Assembly: GCA_050506795.1 (NCBI GenBank)
Contig: JBJHCF010000046.1
Coordinates: forward strand, 1-39,569
Length of the DNA stretch: 39,569 bases
Source of the DNA: Opitutia bacterium
GTDB taxonomy: Bacteria; Verrucomicrobiota; Verrucomicrobiia; Opitutales; T3Sed10-336
Direction of reading: 5' to 3'
Part shown: piece by piece, positions 39,066-39,569 of the stretch
Layout: each line of letters starts with the position of its first letter
Numbering within the stretch: the first letter of the stretch is position 1
The notes under the pieces: generated by a model
What the model was told of the DNA's origin: nothing
The model's database searches: none
What the model saw: the letters and a program-made list of their open reading frames with translations, nothing else
Program-made: the position numbers and the translations under genes

Positions 39066-39170
39066 GGCGAACCAGCCGGAGCACACAATCCGAGTAAACG
39101 CGCCCGGATTGTCGAGAGACCCTTAGACTTCAACCACCACAGGCCCGGATGTGTGTCCAGTACGTTCGTG
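39066..39170 (+). mobile_element. attC site 1 (105 bp)
   Basis: R'' GGCGAAC, L'' GGAGCACAC(AATCCG), L' (CGGAT)GTGTGTCC, R' GTTCGTG; two extrahelical bases. Confidence 0.88.
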
Positions 39171-39445
39171 TATTGATTTATTTATTTCACAAACCGATCT
39201 CTGCCGATTCCAGGAACACACTTTCGGACATAGGATCGCCGAATCCGTGATTGACGAATGATTATCGTCAGCCTTGATTTGACGAAAGATTCCCGGGTCG
39301 GCGGTATGATCGGCCTTGGCAGTACCGCTTCCCTCACCGTACCTGCCACGAACAACCCGGATCAGACAATCCGGGTAAACGCGCCAGATGATTCGAGAGA
39401 CCCTCAGACTTCAATCACCACAAGCCCGGACGTCTGTCCGGCACG
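39165..39445 (+). mobile_element. Integron cassette 2, ORF-less (281 bp)
   Basis: Begins TTCGTG, matching its own R'' CACGAAC; the ~180-bp body has no credible ORF on either strand. Confidence 0.75.
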
Positions 39446-39451
39446 TTCGGG
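39347..39451 (+). mobile_element. attC site 2 (105 bp)
   Basis: R'' CACGAAC, L'' GGATCAGAC, L' GTCTGTCC, R' GTTCGGG; 84/105 identical to attC1 by manual alignment. Confidence 0.88.
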
Positions 39452-39465
39452 AAGAGAAAAGAATC

Positions 39466-39569
39466 ATGTCAGGAAATGAGACAGTCTCCCTTGGGACGAC
39501 CGATGATTCCTCAGTTCCATCGGTACCCTGGCAGACGACTTTCTCTCTCCTGTTTCTCATTGGCAGTTT
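39466..39569 (+). CDS. Integron cassette 3 ORF, truncated by the window end (MSGNETVSLGTTDDSSVPSVPWQTTFSLLFLIGS…)
   Basis: ATG 14 bp after attC2 with a purine-rich leader; open to the window end; a hydrophobic segment is beginning. Confidence 0.6.
   Translation, partial: MSGNETVSLGTTDDSSVPSVPWQTTFSLLFLIGS

Noticed and set aside
39066..39451. Two 105-bp repeats as CRISPR repeats or a simple duplication
   Set aside because: Length, R/L box structure and linkage to intI identify them as attC sites
39258..39479. 73-aa ORF from the ORF track in cassette 2
   Set aside because: Runs straight through attC2 into the next cassette; about half of it is translated attC sequence

Overview
GC-rich bacterial chromosome segment. 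The gene set and protein styles suggest Verrucomicrobiota/Opitutales, which is an inference. Positions ~1-36.4 kb hold about 30 housekeeping and metabolic genes: family-4 UDG, rpiB, a C-N hydrolase, hisG, an OmpR regulator, gltX, RluA, a hybrid kinase, an SDR, hpf, a PagL-like barrel, a stand-alone OvoA-type methyltransferase, an M29 peptidase, an SSS transporter, an ABC exporter, a PLP aminotransferase, a sugar ABC transporter, a histone-like HTH protein, azurin plus a three-domain Ser/Gln-type Cu nitrite reductase under a perfect FNR box, a Ski2-like helicase, sigma54-driven amtB-glnK, a Zn ABC transporter behind a Fur/Zur-like palindrome, riboflavin synthase and leuS. After leuS lies a 750-bp C-rich mosaic of REP-like repeats with a probable IS481 end remnant. 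The window ends in a complete chromosomal integron: a long IntI with an extra ~100-aa N-terminal domain, an array of GTTCC..TAA/TTA..GGAAC inverted repeats upstream of attI, a candidate Pc, attI, two 105-bp attC sites with GTTCG cores, a membrane-protein cassette, an ORF-less cassette and a truncated third cassette.
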